Positions 9,444-23,400 of a stretch of 64,000 nucleotides of DNA are shown here, in pieces (within the stretch, counting starts at the first letter, position 1; each line of letters begins with the position of its first letter). Source of the stretch: Takakia lepidozioides (lineage: Eukaryota > Plantae > Bryophyta); contig CM060733.1 of assembly GCA_030704615.1 (NCBI GenBank), positions 61,938,001 through 62,002,000 on the forward strand, written 5' to 3'. Both the position numbers and the translations under genes were made by a program. The notes under the pieces were generated by a model. That model worked only from the letters and a program-made list of their open reading frames with translations, had not been told where the DNA came from and searched no databases.

Positions 9444-12400
9444 ATGGAGAAATATCTGTGCATTCGATACCACCTGAAACCGGGGTCGGTTTTTGTGGAG
9501 GAGGAAAGGAAGGACTCAAACGGCCTTGTTGTCGAGAGTATTGTTGTGCTCCACGATGATTTCGGCGATGGCAGGGAATGGCGAGTTCCACCATCGGACA
9601 GCGTCATATACAGGGCTGTTGGGGACTTCATTTGCCCGCAAAAAGAAACCTTCTATCCTGGCGTCTTCCACGAAACAATCCGCGAATCAGAGAGTGGCTA
9701 CCTCAAAGAGAGAAGTCCGCAACGAAGTAAATCCAGAGCCGAACCCATCCATGAAGACGAGCGAGATCCGGGTTGTTCACAACCTGTCCAACTCAGACGA
9801 GGTCATGGAAGTTCCGAGGTCGTCCTGGAGATCAGGCAAGTCCTCAATGGACGTCAGTGGACGAGAGAGTCATATTCCCGAGCACCGCAGTTCAATCTAT
9901 TCTTGAAATTCTGCGAGGGCTTCACATGGAGGGACACCGCTCGGAGCTGGCCGGGCTGGAATACAGCAAGTTCGCAATTAAATCGGTTACATGCCTTCCC
10001 GCAGACGTCGACGGTAATATCTTCTTTGAGTTCCCTCCTTGGACGGACTACTCGAGGGCGTCCGGAATGTTGACAAATATGGATAGAAAACATGATGGTC
10101 ATCCTTGGTGCGTCACCAAAACCACCAGCATGAAGATGCTCGATGGTGTGCGGGTGCGCTACGTTGTTTGTGCGGGCGCGTTGCGGTGTTTCTCCCCAAC
10201 TTGCTTCCATTTTAAATCCAGAGGTCACAGGAACGAGACCGATTGGACAGGCACAGCTCATCAACCATTTCGTGCTCAGGAGAAGGTTCCGAACTCCACA
10301 TTTAAGTGTGCGCATTGCAAAGAACCACCACACTGCATGTCTGTTTGTAATGCCAAGCAGTTCTATGTGTTGCACCGTTTCCCTGACCTCACCCGAGTTT
10401 GCATACACGTTGGTTCCCATTGTCACAAATTGGCGAGGGGGAACTCGCGGGAGGCTGCCCACGAGGCAGAGCAGCTCGTTCAGGAGGAGGTTAAGTTGAG
10501 ACCGGGTGCCAAACCCAAACAGATACAGCTCCAAGCCGCCCATAAGATGGCCTTGGCCAGAATTATGTCGGAAGACGGCTCCAATAGAGTTCCTCTCGAT
10601 GAGAAGGAAATGGAGGCATTGCTGGAGTCGGTGTCCCACGTATGTTCACCGAATGTCCGAAACCACATTGTCTCATGCAAACGGAAAATTGGGCGTGGCT
10701 CGGATATGCACTCCATTCTGGAGGTGAAGCGACGATGTGGATATGACTACATTCATGGAAGTAGGTTTCCAGGACAAGGGACTGAGGCAGATCGTTGTCT
10801 CGTATTCAAAATATCCACGTGTGGACCTGGCAGCGGCGTCGAACTGGTTGACAGGATGACGAGTGGGGATTTGTCAAACAGTTGGGTCATGTTCGACCAT
10901 ATCAAGCGAATTACAAATCACCAGTGGGTGACAATGGGTGCACATGTCTACGACACCCACTGCAGGATGCTAATGACAATTGCTATTTGTGAGATGAAAG
11001 GAGAGGACACACAATCGGAGATGCTTCTTTGGCAGGGAATAAACGAAAAGATGGCCAAGGCGGGATTGCCCCCTCCCAATTTCCGTGGTTTCATGTCGGA
11101 CAACGCACAAGCAAATTGGGCTGCCATCCGAAGGGTGTACGGGCAAGACCCCAATGTTCCCATGGAAGGCAAGGAGAGATCTTGTGGGTTCCATTTTCTG
11201 CAGAGCCTTTCGCAGTACACAACCAGGCTCGTGGCGTCAGATTTCAGAGAGGAGCACCGTTCCATGTGCCTTGCGTGGAAGCGCGCTCCCACCTTGGATG
11301 ATGCAGAGACACAGTTTGCATGTATACGGGCTTGGTGGACATCGTCAGGTGCTGTAAGGAAATCAGACGAGGGAGCAATGGTCAGTTGGCTAGCATGGTG
11401 GCATTATCGTTTCCTCCAGTTCGGCGACTATATGCGGGAGGTGAGTTGCACGAATTCGCGTCCCGTTGAATATTATTCTTGGCCATATTTGTAACTTGCT
11501 TGTAACCTCAACATGTGCTTGTGCAGGAAATGTGTCTCCACTCCGACACCGACATGCCCACGACAAACATGGCCAAATCAGTGCATTCTTCCTGGCGTGC
11601 CTCCTCTGCGGCGCATCTGGTGGACATCCTCACTGCCACAACGGAGGACATTGTGAGGTCAATTATGCAGCAATGCAGGTACAACGAGTTCTTGAAAGGG
11701 AAACAGTGGGGCTTGGGGCCGGACAGGCAGGAAATGCTGATGCGGACTGCCTCCAAATCGAAGAATCCTCGGAAGTGGGCGGCCTCCTTGCGAGAGGGCC
11801 TTCGGGACACGCCATTGCTTCGAAGAGGCCAACATTTGGAAGGAGATGTTCATACCCGTCCAGTGAGATGAAGACTTGACGAGGCACCTGGCGGGGAAGA
11901 GGATTCATGGCGAGCTGACAAGAATATTCGCACGCTCCCTCGTGGTCCCGTGATGTTGCCCGAGGAGGTCTCGTCGAGCACCGCAAGTCCTGCACGTTCA
12001 AGATCGCCATCTCCTTTGAGCACAGGGCACGTGCCCGAGGAACATAACGAGCCATTTGTGGTAACGCAGTACAACATACCCATTGTGGAGACAAGAGTGT
12101 CGGAGTCACAGTGGAGAATTGCAAGGAAATTGCCGGCATTTCGAGGGAAGTGCTGCGCCATTCGGGTGGATATGAGAGCACGTTGTGGTGAGATGATTCG
12201 GAGGAACCCACACGATGTTGTACCTGCACCTTGTTTCAGCGGCAGATTTTTGACTCCCACATTTGTTCACGCCACAACGCAGACGTTTTGGTTCTGTAGG
12301 CACGACATAATGACCTGTGTATTTGGCAAGCCCAAGTACGAGATTCAGGAAATGCCGGAGCCTCCGGGCGTCTGGCCTGTTGCACCGGGTTGCAGCCTCT

Positions 12401-12945
12401 CTCAGAATGAGGCGGATGCTTTATCTGCAGCAGGATTTCGAATGGTGCAACGCACAGATGTCCCGGCCCACGCATTTCCAGTTCCTCAGACCCAGCCATT
12501 GCAAACTGCTCGGTCTAGTAGAGACGGATTGGACAATTCTGCACATCCCACAATGCGATTCGGAAGAGTGAAGAGACAACACCCTCCCAACAAGTTGAAT
12601 GAGACTCGGATTGCCAATGCTCTTGGGATGGCTTGCACTATTCAGAGCTCCGTGGACGTACCTCCACCCGGCCTTGGGCGTGTTTATCGGATGGCAACGG
12701 CCGGCTCGGCTGTACGTGACGATGTATACACAATTACGATTGGAGTGGAGCCGACTTGCAATTGTACGGACTTCTCGTTGATGGAAGCAAAGAAGGGTTC
12801 AAAGTATTATCCATGCAAGCATCTGTATTACATTTACCTGAAGAGGTTGAGGATGAACGTGACTATTGATGACTTTATTCATGCACCGGCGTTGAGCGTG
12901 AACGAGCTGCACAAACTCCTCCTTAGGGATTCCAGAAATCATTGA
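9444..12945 (+). pseudogene. MULE/Mutator-type transposase: GCM-like N-terminal zinc domain, DDE core, C-terminal SWIM finger
   Basis: MFDH (D1), FMSDNAQAN (D2), SCGFH (CxxH); NMAKSVH where homologous copies read NLAETVH (catalytic E mutated to K); SWIM CNC..PCKH; intron 11441-11526; in-frame TGA at 11869-11871; N-terminal frameshifts. Confidence 0.88.
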
Positions 12946-13089
12946 TGGGGCAAAGGGAATCCTCCATATGGATACTTTCAATTGCATTTTCATGTATCAG
13001 ATTTTTTTTTGCAGTGTAATGAAATGCATCCCAAAACTCCTGGAATGAGGCTATATTCCATTCAAACTGAGATCCAACAGAAGCAGTTG

Positions 13090-13732
13090 TGGGGCCATTT
13101 CTGGAAAAATGGCGCCTAATTTCTCTATTTTGGGCCGAAAACTGGCTAAGTCCCAACATGCACTGGTACCCCTGTGTCTGGGAAAATGGCGCCGAATTTC
13201 CCTATTTTGGGCCGAAAACTGGCTAAGTCCGAACATGCTCGGGAACGATGTCTGGAAAAATGGGGCCGAATTTCCAGTTACATGGCCCAGAACTGCCCAA
13301 CATCTGTGCAATCCCCGGCACCATGTACCGAAATTCGGCGCCACATTTCCAAATTTTGGGCTTACACACCTGTCATGAGGGGACCTATAGCCGCGGAATT
13401 CGGCACCATTTTTCGCCAGAGAGACCTATTACTGCGAAATACGTCGCGATTCTTTCCGGTTACGGACCCTATTACCGTGAAATTCGGCGCCATTTTTGCA
13501 CATGTCGCTAGGAATTGGCATGAGCGGAAGACGAAATATCATGAGCACAACTCTCAAAACTACAATTTCCCCTTCAAGGTGCCGAATAATATATTTGTTT
13601 TTTCTGACACATTCCATTAAATTAATGTTTTATAATGCTTTTTATTTTTGAAATTTGTACTTCTGCTCATGAAAACCGATTGTCTTGCTACTTCGCTCAT
13701 GCCGCTCATGCTCATGAAATAGCTAACTTCTC
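13090..13732. repeat. Right subterminal array and terminus of M1
   Basis: Repeated GGAAAAATGGCGCCGAATTTCC and GGCTAAGTCC; terminal GCTCATG repeats; near-identical to 25440-26082. Confidence 0.85.
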
Positions 13733-16700
13733 TTTCTTCATAGAAATGTGGTGGGTAACTGCTGGTTTCCTCTTCAATTGGTGTTGCTGTCACTACACCA
13801 CAACAGATACCTCTTAAACAACTTAGGCCTTCCAGCCGCATCTCTGCAACCTGCTCCCACTCTGGGTGTGCAGCGAATAGGGTAGCTTCCTGCTCCTCAT
13901 CCAGTCCTCCCCTCCAGTCATACTCTCTGACCCCTCGAGGTCTTCTCGTAGCATGTAATCTACTAGATTTCTTAGTGGTAATTTGTATCTTGTGCATCCC
14001 ATTATGCACAGTTAATAACTGAGAATTCCAGTCATGGAATACCCTGGCCTGTTTCAGCCACGGACGTCCCAATAATAAGGAGTAAGCCTCCATGACTTCA
14101 TTCATGCTTCTTTTGCTTTAACTGTTGTAAACTTCCATATAATTCATCCTCAGTTTTACTTGTCCTGAACCTATTTCGGAATATTGTATTCAAGCCATTC
14201 CAGGTTAGGAAATGATTATCAGGGAATCTTGCATACCATTCACTTGCCTTCTTGATAAGGGAACAAGGAAACAGTCTCATCTTGGCATCATCGCCATTCT
14301 CATTGTTCACTATACACATGTGCTCAAATTGGCTAATGTGTACATCGGGATCCCCTTTTCCTGAATAAATTGAAAAAGGTGGTTTTGCCCGTGTTGGTTG
14401 TAACGCCATCTGTGGCCCTACCCTCTGCCCACTGACAGATGCTGGCACCTTTGCTGGTGCTGGTCCTTGAGGACCTGTTGTAGTTGTGGTGGATCTTCCA
14501 CCCAGTGGTGGCCCCTGAGCACTCCCTGCTACTGGCCCCACAATATTCACAGTATTCCCAGCTCCAGTTGCACTACTTCCCACACTCCCTGTCCCCCCAG
14601 AGCCAGATCCAGGCAGCCCGCCTGATCCCCCTGAGCCGACACCTTCGTTGGCCTGTGATCCAAGTGCTCCACTTGATCCAGGTCCAACGGGTTGGGATGT
14701 CCTGGTTGTAGTCTCAACCTCAGCTGTTGGGTCTACTTCTTCATATTCTTCCTCTTCCAATTTCTTCTCTCTGTTTTCATCCTCCAAGTTCTGCCCTTGG
14801 GTTTCTTCTTCACTCATGTAACTCAACTGTAATGGTGTTGGAGAGTCTGAACTCTCCGTTGGCTCTGCCACATCCTCTTCTCCTTCTTCACCTTCCGCTT
14901 CAGAAACTGGAGTTCCTGCTTTTGGTGTTCCATGCCAACTCTTATCAAAGATTTATGTCAAATCTTTTATCCAGGGATGTACCTCAGAATTTTCACCTCG
15001 TGATTGATCTTCTTCCCGTACCAATTCCCTTAATCTTTCTTGCAAAGAAAAAGAAGGAGTGGCATCCAACTCTAGTTCTTCCGGTATGGGTGATGTACTC
15101 TCTGATCTTAATGGTGTGAGAGGTCCAGATGATTCCCCTATGTCTATTCCTCTCTCCCAAAGATATGGATAATTAGCTTTCAGATAACTTTCTCTTTTTG
15201 CTGAATATCTCTGGAGTCTAGCTTCTCTTTCATCACTCATGTCCCATGTCTTTCATTTCTTTTAATGTGGCAATAACCAAAACTCTCTTCAGTAATATCT
15301 CTCGTATATGCCTGGGTTTCTTTCAAGCTTCAATGCACCCTTGGCTATACTAGAAGTCTCCGTTACCATATAACCATATGACAAACAAGTCTGGAAAGCT
15401 GTTCTTGGTGTGAGTTTGATCCACAGAATATCCTTTTACCAGTACAAGCTCTTCATGCATATGAGTACAAACATTCACCTTTCTTTCCTCCCAGCCTTCA
15501 AACTCTACTCGCTTAATGGATAGCAATGCTATCACATAAACCAGTGTTGGTAACCAACGTGCTCTTCCTCTACAGGCCACCTGATAAATCTTTATCACTC
15601 CTTTCTCCAGACCCCATTCAAGGTCAGCATCATGCACTCTTTTAAGAATGTTTTCTTTACAACCGTCTGGCAATTCCAAGAACCTCTGAAATAATCGTTT
15701 GGACAATCTTTCCTTCTCAGTTTCACAGGGAATTTGATTCACATCAAATTCTTTAATTCTCCAACCACCATGATCCCACCAGATGCCTGTCACATCTGGT
15801 TGTTCATGACCCAGTTCCCCAGTATGGTCGCCAAATGTCGAGCGACTTTTACTCACCCATCCCTTCGCTATCCGAGGTGGAAACTCCAAGATAGAAGAGT
15901 TGGATATCTCTAAGCACTCAGCCCGCTCAGTACAATCAGTCATGACCTACAGCTAGTGAATCATGGTTGTGCTTCCCCTTTGTATTCCTTCTTGCCTTCA
16001 TGTTATCAATTACCTTATCTGATACTGAAGCATCAGTTTGCTTCAGTATCTTCTTAGTTCCAGTTAATCATGCATTCATTTCACAGCTTCACTCATGTCT
16101 CTCTACACAGTGTGCTTGTATCGAATAAGTATCAGATTACGATTTATCAGGTACTAGGCCAATGTCAAGTGACTCTAATCCGCCCTACAGTATCACTACA
16201 GTTCTGCATGAAACAAACATCTATTGTCCAACTCTCCTCTTTCTCCGTGCTTTCGTTTTTGCTCTCCGCCCGATCTCCTCTCCTCCATGACCAAGAAGTG
16301 CTCCCAGAAGTGTGTCTCCCAGAAGTCTCCGCTCTCCGCTTTATCTACCTACAAACTGTTCTAACCGCCTTGCTAACAATTAACCGTCATCCCTAATGTA
16401 ACACGTTCTTTCTGCAGATGTCGTTCCTTCACAGTCGTTCCCTGCCAATGATAACTGTTCCCTATATACTGTGACAAGCTGTGTCAAACTATGCCGAGCT
16501 GTGACTGGTTGTGTAAGGCTGTGTCGGGCTGTGTCGGCTGTGCAAAGCTGTGGCGGGCTGTGACTGGCTGTGTCGGGCTGTGTCGGCTGTGCGAAGCTGT
16601 GGCATGCTGTGTTGGCTGTGACAGGCTGTGTCTGGCTGTGTCGGGTTGTGTTGGACTGTGTAACCCTCTTCCCTAAAGCCTGCTGCTGTCACCATTAAGG

Positions 16701-16785
16701 TTCCTGTTCGTTTCAGTCTGTGTAGAATTTAAGGGTACCCCATGGAACCCGTAAAAGCGTCTAAGTCCCAAGCAGCCCTCTAACA
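13733..16785 (-). mobile_element. Ty3-gypsy family C copy C1: 5' LTR (15836-16785), PBS, ORF0, gag N-half, internal ~1.6-kb deletion at ~14101; truncated by M1
   Basis: Colinear with full-length copy 37960-42633; the join at 14101 fuses the equivalents of ~38331 and ~39951. Confidence 0.9.
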
Positions 16786-19700
16786 TTATATGCTGTGACA
16801 TCACCCCCAACTGCTCTGGAAGGAGAAAGGTTGGACATTCCCACTACAGAGCAGGTCGTGGCCAAAATTGAGAAGGGTGACCTTCTCTATGAAAACTCTG
16901 GCGTGGTAAGGGAATCAGTGATTCCAGAGGTGCAACGGTTGTCCAAGGGAAACCCTACTGTGCATGTAATACCCACACCTGTGACGGAGGTACCAGGGAT
17001 AGAATATCAAGACACTGCAGCACTTGTGGCGGATGAGGTGGTTCAGGAAGAAAATCTGGTGGGGCAATGGCCTGAATGGTTGGTGAGGCATCACACTGTT
17101 GAGGATCAGGGAGAACAGCAGCAAGCTCCCCATGAAGACCCTCAGCAGGCCATGCTTATGAGTTCCATAAGCAGAACACTTAATTTGTTGGGCACTTATG
17201 TGAAATCACATGTTCCATCTACCCAATTGGCAGCTTTGAGGGAGGAACTCAGAAAGGAGTTTGAGGCTCGACTTGCCACTGAGTGTGCAAACAAGGTCGA
17301 TGAGGAGGTCAATCTCAAGTTACAGCAAGAGTTGGAGGACACAAAGGCTGCGTTGCAGTTGGCCAAGGGACATTTGATTGAAGCAGGCCTCGAGCAGGAC
17401 CAGTTGCATGAAGCACATAAGCAACAATTATACCAAATGCAGGTGAAGCATGAGAACAAGTTGCAAGAAGTGAATGTACTACATATAAAGTTGTAGGCAG
17501 TACATGAGAAGATGACCATACAATGTGCTACACTCACAACTATTCTTGAGCAAACTGCATTAGAAGTTAACAGACAAGGGGAGAGATGTATGAAGGCAGA
17601 AGCAGAGATAATAGAGCAAGCGAAACTCATTGTTGATATGAAGAATACAATCTGTCGCAATGAGAATACTTTCAAACAATACAGACAGGTTGAGGCTGAC
17701 CAAGAGAGGTACATCCTGGAGTTGCAACAAACAGTCATGGTCAATAAAAATGAACTCTCCGTGGCTAACAAGGCTCGGAAGGAAGCCAATAATCTGGCTG
17801 TTGCCTATGCGAGTCTGGTTGAACCTCATGCGAAGCGCATGGAGGCTTTATAGCAGCAGTTAGATGTATACAGACTCACGGAGGAGCAGACTCTCAGGGG
17901 TGCCACACACGACTTGGTGGATAACCACCTTATGCAGGTCTGGTTAGCACAAGGGCCGGTGGAAGGCAAAGCACCATGGAAGCTCACCCAGGGCGAGATG
18001 AATGAGCTCAGACTGCAGGTGCAGCACATTGCCACAACTACTATAGTCAATGTCTATAGTAGGATAGTGGAGCTACAGGAGGATGTAGAAGGCCTGCAGA
18101 CTCAGGTGGATGACCTGAGTTCAAATATTGACAAGAGAGTCTTTGTACCTGAGGAGCAGCTGATGGCTACTTATTTACAAGTCAGAACTATAATTTTTCA
18201 GTCTTCTTTGCAAGAGGTGCAGGAGATGCCAGTGGTAGAAAGGCCAGTGCTACCAATACCACAACAAGTGATTGTGCAGGTAGCTGACCCTGTTGTTACT
18301 ACAGCCACACCACAGCCTGAGGTATGGGGGGATGCTGCTTTTAACCCACCTAAGACTCCTGCTGCACAGGAGTACAGTAGGGCTATGATTATGCCATTCA
18401 ACCAAATTCCCATTGTGTTGGATTTGGCTTGGAAGGAATTTAGTCCTCCGCAGTCGTTGGCACATTACTACCAGATCATGCGCATTTGGCTGCCAGTGGC
18501 AACTAGGACTAAGGTTCTTCCCAACAATCGACCCATTGAGGATCATCACTTTGCGAGGTATTGGTCTGAAGCAAGTACCATGTTGAAGGAATTAATTGCC
18601 TTCCAAGTTGTACATGGGTACATTTTTACCAAGACCAAGGAGGTAGCAAGTATTGTCATGGGCTGTGGATTATACTATGCTGCTTGTTTTCTGGCACGTT
18701 ATCACATCGAGCAACATAGGATGCAATTGTGATTTCTGAGTTATTCCAGTGGGGATCATTGGGTCTTACCTTCAGTGCCACATCATATGTACCTATATGA
18801 AGCAAAAATTATGATGCAAAAGGATTCCCAACTTCGTTCATGGTTTCATTCGGCCTGGAACAATTTGACAACACAGAAATTCGGCCCTGAGGATATTTTC
18901 TTTAAAGGACATGAGGCATGGAAATACTTGCACTGTTCCCAAGTCATTGGCACACCACTCACCTTTACGGTCAAGGAGTTCAGAGTGTTCACCAATTTTG
19001 CCATTAAGCGCTTACAGCAAGTTGTGCAGTTTAAACTTCTAGACATGGTGGGACCACATTGTATGCCCCAAATGATTCCAGTTAGAATTCGACCGTTAAA
19101 ACACCTCAGGGGGGACGAGGATTCTGATACTACTGTTTCTTCAGCGGACTCTTTTGACATTGCAGAAGACTATGCACTTTAGATGGCAGAAAAGAAACGA
19201 CGGGGATCTCCTATGCCTGAGAGGTTACCTCGATATCAGCCAAAGGAGGGTCAGACATTTCCGGGTAGTGCTCAATCATCTCCGTCAACCAGTGACAAGA
19301 CTCGGGCTCGCACACGGAGTCCTTCACAAGACTCTCACCGTCAGAAGGGTGTTCCATCACAAAGGTTTGCTAAATCCTAAACAGTAAACCGTGAGGACAC
19401 GGATTTTTGAGAGGGGGAGGGGTAAATGTTAGAGGGCTGCTTGGGACTTTAACGCTTTTACGGGTTCTGTGGGGTACCCTTAATTTTTACACAGACTGAG
19501 ACCAATAGGAGCCTTAGGGGTGACAGCAGCAGGCTTTAGGGGGGGGGGGTTTACACAGCCAACACAGCCCGACACATCATAGCCGCCACAGCCGACACAG
19601 CCCGACACAGCCGCCACAGCCGACACAGCCCGTCACAGCCAACACAACCCGTCACAGCCAGTCACAGCCGCCATAGCCGACACAGCCCATCACAGCCAAC

Positions 19701-20437
19701 ACAGCCCGATACAGCCCAACACAGCCTGACACAGCCAGTCACAGCCCGTCACAGCTTCACACAGCCCAACCAGTTTTGCACAGTTGTCACAGTACAGGGG
19801 GAATGGTTGGAGAGGGAACGACTGTGTGGGAACGACATCTGCAGAGGGAATATGTTACTTCAGGGGTGACGGATAGTTAGCCAGGCGGTTAGAACAGCTT
19901 GTAGGTAGATAAAGCCAAGAGCGGGGACTTTTTGGGGATCACTTCTTGGATCACTTCTTAGACATCAGGGGAAAAGGTCAGACGGAGGGCACGATCTTGG
20001 AGCTCAGGGATGATGATGATTACACAGAAGAGGAGATGATGACTTGATGGAGGTTTATTTCATGCAGAGCTGTAGTGATACTGTAGGGTGGATTAGAGTC
20101 ACCTTGACATTGGCCTAGTACCTGATAAATCGTAATCTGATACTTATTCGATACAAGCACACTGTGTAGAGAGACATGAGTGAAGCTGTGAAATGAATGC
20201 ATGATTAACTAGAACTAAGAAGATACTGAAGCAATCTGATGCTTCAGTATCAGATAAGGTAAATTGATAACATGAAGGCAAGAAGGAATACAAATGGGAA
20301 GCACAACCATGTATCACTAGCTGCAGGTCATGACTGATTGTACTAAGCGGACTGAGTGCTTAGAGATATCCAACTCTTCTATCTTGGAGTTTCCACCTCG
20401 GATAGCAAAGGGATGGGTGAGTAAAAGTCGCTCGACA
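16786..20437 (+). mobile_element. Family C copy C2: degenerate 3' extra ORF, PPT, 3' LTR (19427-20437)
   Basis: ORF fragments 16795-19380 are homologous to the 1404-aa ORF and carry premature stops; PPT GAGGGGGAGGGG; LTR TGTTAGAGG...CTCGACA. Confidence 0.9.
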
Positions 20438-23400
20438 CTCCCCAAGGATCGAATCGCCTTACTGCAACGACATTGCTTGCGATCGCTCATGATGCCGCTT
20501 TTTGGCATCACCTTGAACAAGGGTTCACCTTGAACCCTTTTTGACTAGGAAGATAACCTTGAACCAACTGTGCACCCCAATCACTACAATTGGGTCCGCC
20601 TTGGAATACTGGCCTGAGGTACGGGAACACGCCGAAGCCGCACTACGACTTTGTCCCGAGGTTACACTATTATAGTATGTGAACGGAAGCACATAGCTTC
20701 CGCGTTAGCCCCCACTACAAGACAACCCCCTCGGTAGCGCAGTTATAGTACGTGCACGCGCCAGGTGCGCACTAGCACGTGAACTCCCAAAGAAGGCGCA
20801 AGTTTTTTTGCCCCTTGGATGGGAGTCACCCGATTTCGGCACTACGCAAATACACGATTAATCCAATTTACCTCTCTCACTTTTGTAAGCTAGCATGCAT
20901 TCTACACACTAGCCAACCATACCATGCATCACCATTCCAAACAAAATAGGAAGCACAACATTTGGAAACCATTTCATTTATAAACAAAATTTGTACAACA
21001 CAAGTTTTTGCAATCGGATTTCTGAGCTAGCTAAGTCGGACTAAGCATGCATTTCCTCCCCCACAATCCAAGGTTGATGTCCCCATCAACGCTTCTTTCG
21101 CTTTTGAGGTCGCCCTTCAAAAGCTGCAACCACCTCGGATGCGTTCCCATTTATGAGGCATGCACCCAAGTTTCCTCCACTTGATAATAGCCCTTCCATT
21201 TCACAAGTTTTTTCTCGATTCTTGAACCTCCTCGACTTAAGCACTGCCTCCACCTCGTACTTAGGTTCATTTTCATGATCCAACAACACAGGTGGCGGAC
21301 GCAACACTTGATGCCGATTCGGACACGCTTCATCTTTGAAGTAAGGCTTCAAAAGGGAAACGTGGAATACCGGATGCATCTTGCTGTTTGCCGGCAGCTC
21401 CAATTTATACACATCCTCATTCATAACCTTCCGGATGCGAAAGGGCCCCGCATACGGAGGTACGAACTTTGGACTCACTTCCGGAGGTAGTAAAAAATTC
21501 TTGATGTTCAACCAGACCTCCGTGCCTACCTCAAACTGAACTTCCCTCCGCATCCGATTCGCCTGCCGTTCATACCATTTCCTAGCTTTGGCAATGTTGT
21601 ACTTTGCAAGCTCCAACAAACGCTCGCGTTCTTCCAGCACCGCGGCTGCTGCCAGTTCCTCAACGTCCTGGGCGGCCCAACTTGTCAGCACCAGAGGTGC
21701 TTTTCCATAGACCAATACGAAAGGGGAAACTCCCGTTGCGGAGTGTTTTGTGTTATTATAACAGAACTCTGCCGCATCCAAGTGCTCCACCCAGTCTGAT
21801 TGGTCTGCCGACACATAATTCCGCAAGATCTGCTTCACCACGGAATTCACTCTTTCCGTTTGGCCGTCCGTTGTAGGTCGGAAGGTCGTGCTCATCTTGA
21901 GCCTCGTCCCCATTTTCTTCCAAAGTGCTCTCCAAAATTTACTTGTAAACTTTGGATCGCGGTCCGAGACAATATCCTTTGGGAGTCCATGATGCTTGAA
22001 GACGTGGACGAAGTAAAGTCGCCCCGTCTCCTGCGCCGTTGCCGTCTCCTTGGTGGGAATGAAATGGCCCATTTTACTAAACCTATCCACCACCACCATG
22101 ATTGCATCGAATCATTTTGATAGTGACAAAGCAGTCATGAAATCCATCGAGACACTTTCCCAAGACCCCTCTGGAATCAGCAAGGGTTGTAACAGCCCCG
22201 CTTGCTTTTTGTACTCGCTCCGGTTTTGTTGGCATGTGGTGTATGTCTTGACATACTTCTCGGCCTCCTCCCTCAGTTTGGGCCAGAAATACTCTTTCTT
22301 CAAGAGTGCCGCGGTGCGCTTGGCTCCGCCGTGGCCCGCAAGCGGGCCATCAAAACATTCTCTCAAGAGACTATCTCTGATCCCTCCCTTCGGCACATAG
22401 AGACGCTTTTGCTTGTACCGGAGCAGTCCATTGTGCAAGTGGAACTGCGATTTAACCCCCAACCTCAAGTCCCGCATCACGGATTTTGCCATCTCATCCT
22501 TCCGGTAAGCCTTCTGGATCTTTCTTTGGAGCGTCGTCTTGCCCCTGTACACCAACATGAGCTGCTGCTTTCTACTTAAAGCATCGGCCACCACATTGTC
22601 CCGTCCCGGTTTGTACTGGATATCCACGTCGGACACAGCCAAAGTGTCTTGCCACCTAAGTTTTTTTGGGGACAACTTAGGCTGTGTGGCAAAATACGTC
22701 ACCGTGACATTGTCCGTGAACACCTTCACCGGGTTGGAACCAACATAGTGGTGCCAAAGCTCAAGGCAATGCACCACCGCCTTCATTTCTTTCTCGTGCG
22801 TAGGCCACCGTCGCTCCACTTCATTCAATTTCTTACTTTCATAAGCCACTAGACGTCCATCCTGCATGAGCAATCCCCCAATTGCGAAGTCCGACGCATC
22901 TGTATGAATCTCAAATGGACGGTCGAACTCCGAGATTTTCAGGACTAGAGCTTCCACCATCCGTTGCTTCAACTCGGCAAAAGCTTGGCCACAAAAGGTG
23001 TTCCATACCCATACCTTGGACTGACATAGAAGGTTTGACAGTGGCCCTGCGATCTTGGCGAAATTTCTCACATACTTTCGGTAATAGGAGGCGAGTCCTA
23101 GGAAGGATTGCACTCCCGTGACTGAAGTCGGAGGCTCCCAGTCCAAGATCGCCCTCACCTTTCTGTCATCCATTTTGATCTCATCCTATGTAATCACATG
23201 CCCTAGGAACTCCACTTTTGTGACCCCGAATTCGCACTTTGAAGCTTTGGCATATAGCTTCCCTTCCCGCAATTTCTGGAACACCCTTTTGAGGTGTTCC
23301 AGGTGCTCTTCCTTTGTTTTTGTATACACCAAGATGTCGTCAATGTACATGATCACAAAGTCATCCAACCACTCCTGGAAAAGGCTGTTCATTAGCGTGC

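Larger units (their letters stand above)
1..13732. mobile_element. Large two-gene Mutator-like (MULE) DNA transposon 'M1'; left end lies outside the window; interrupted by an LTR insertion at 5216-8456
   Basis: The MULE transposase on + and a second gene on - are flanked by arrays of the same motif (GGAAAAATGGCGCCGAATTTCC, GGCTAAGTCC) at 20-870 and 13090-13500. The right end ...CTCATGAAATAGCTAACTTCTC (reverse complement starts GAGA, like Mu TIRs) is defined by an abrupt junction into retroelement sequence. The second copy at 26082 ends at the same point. Confidence 0.8.
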
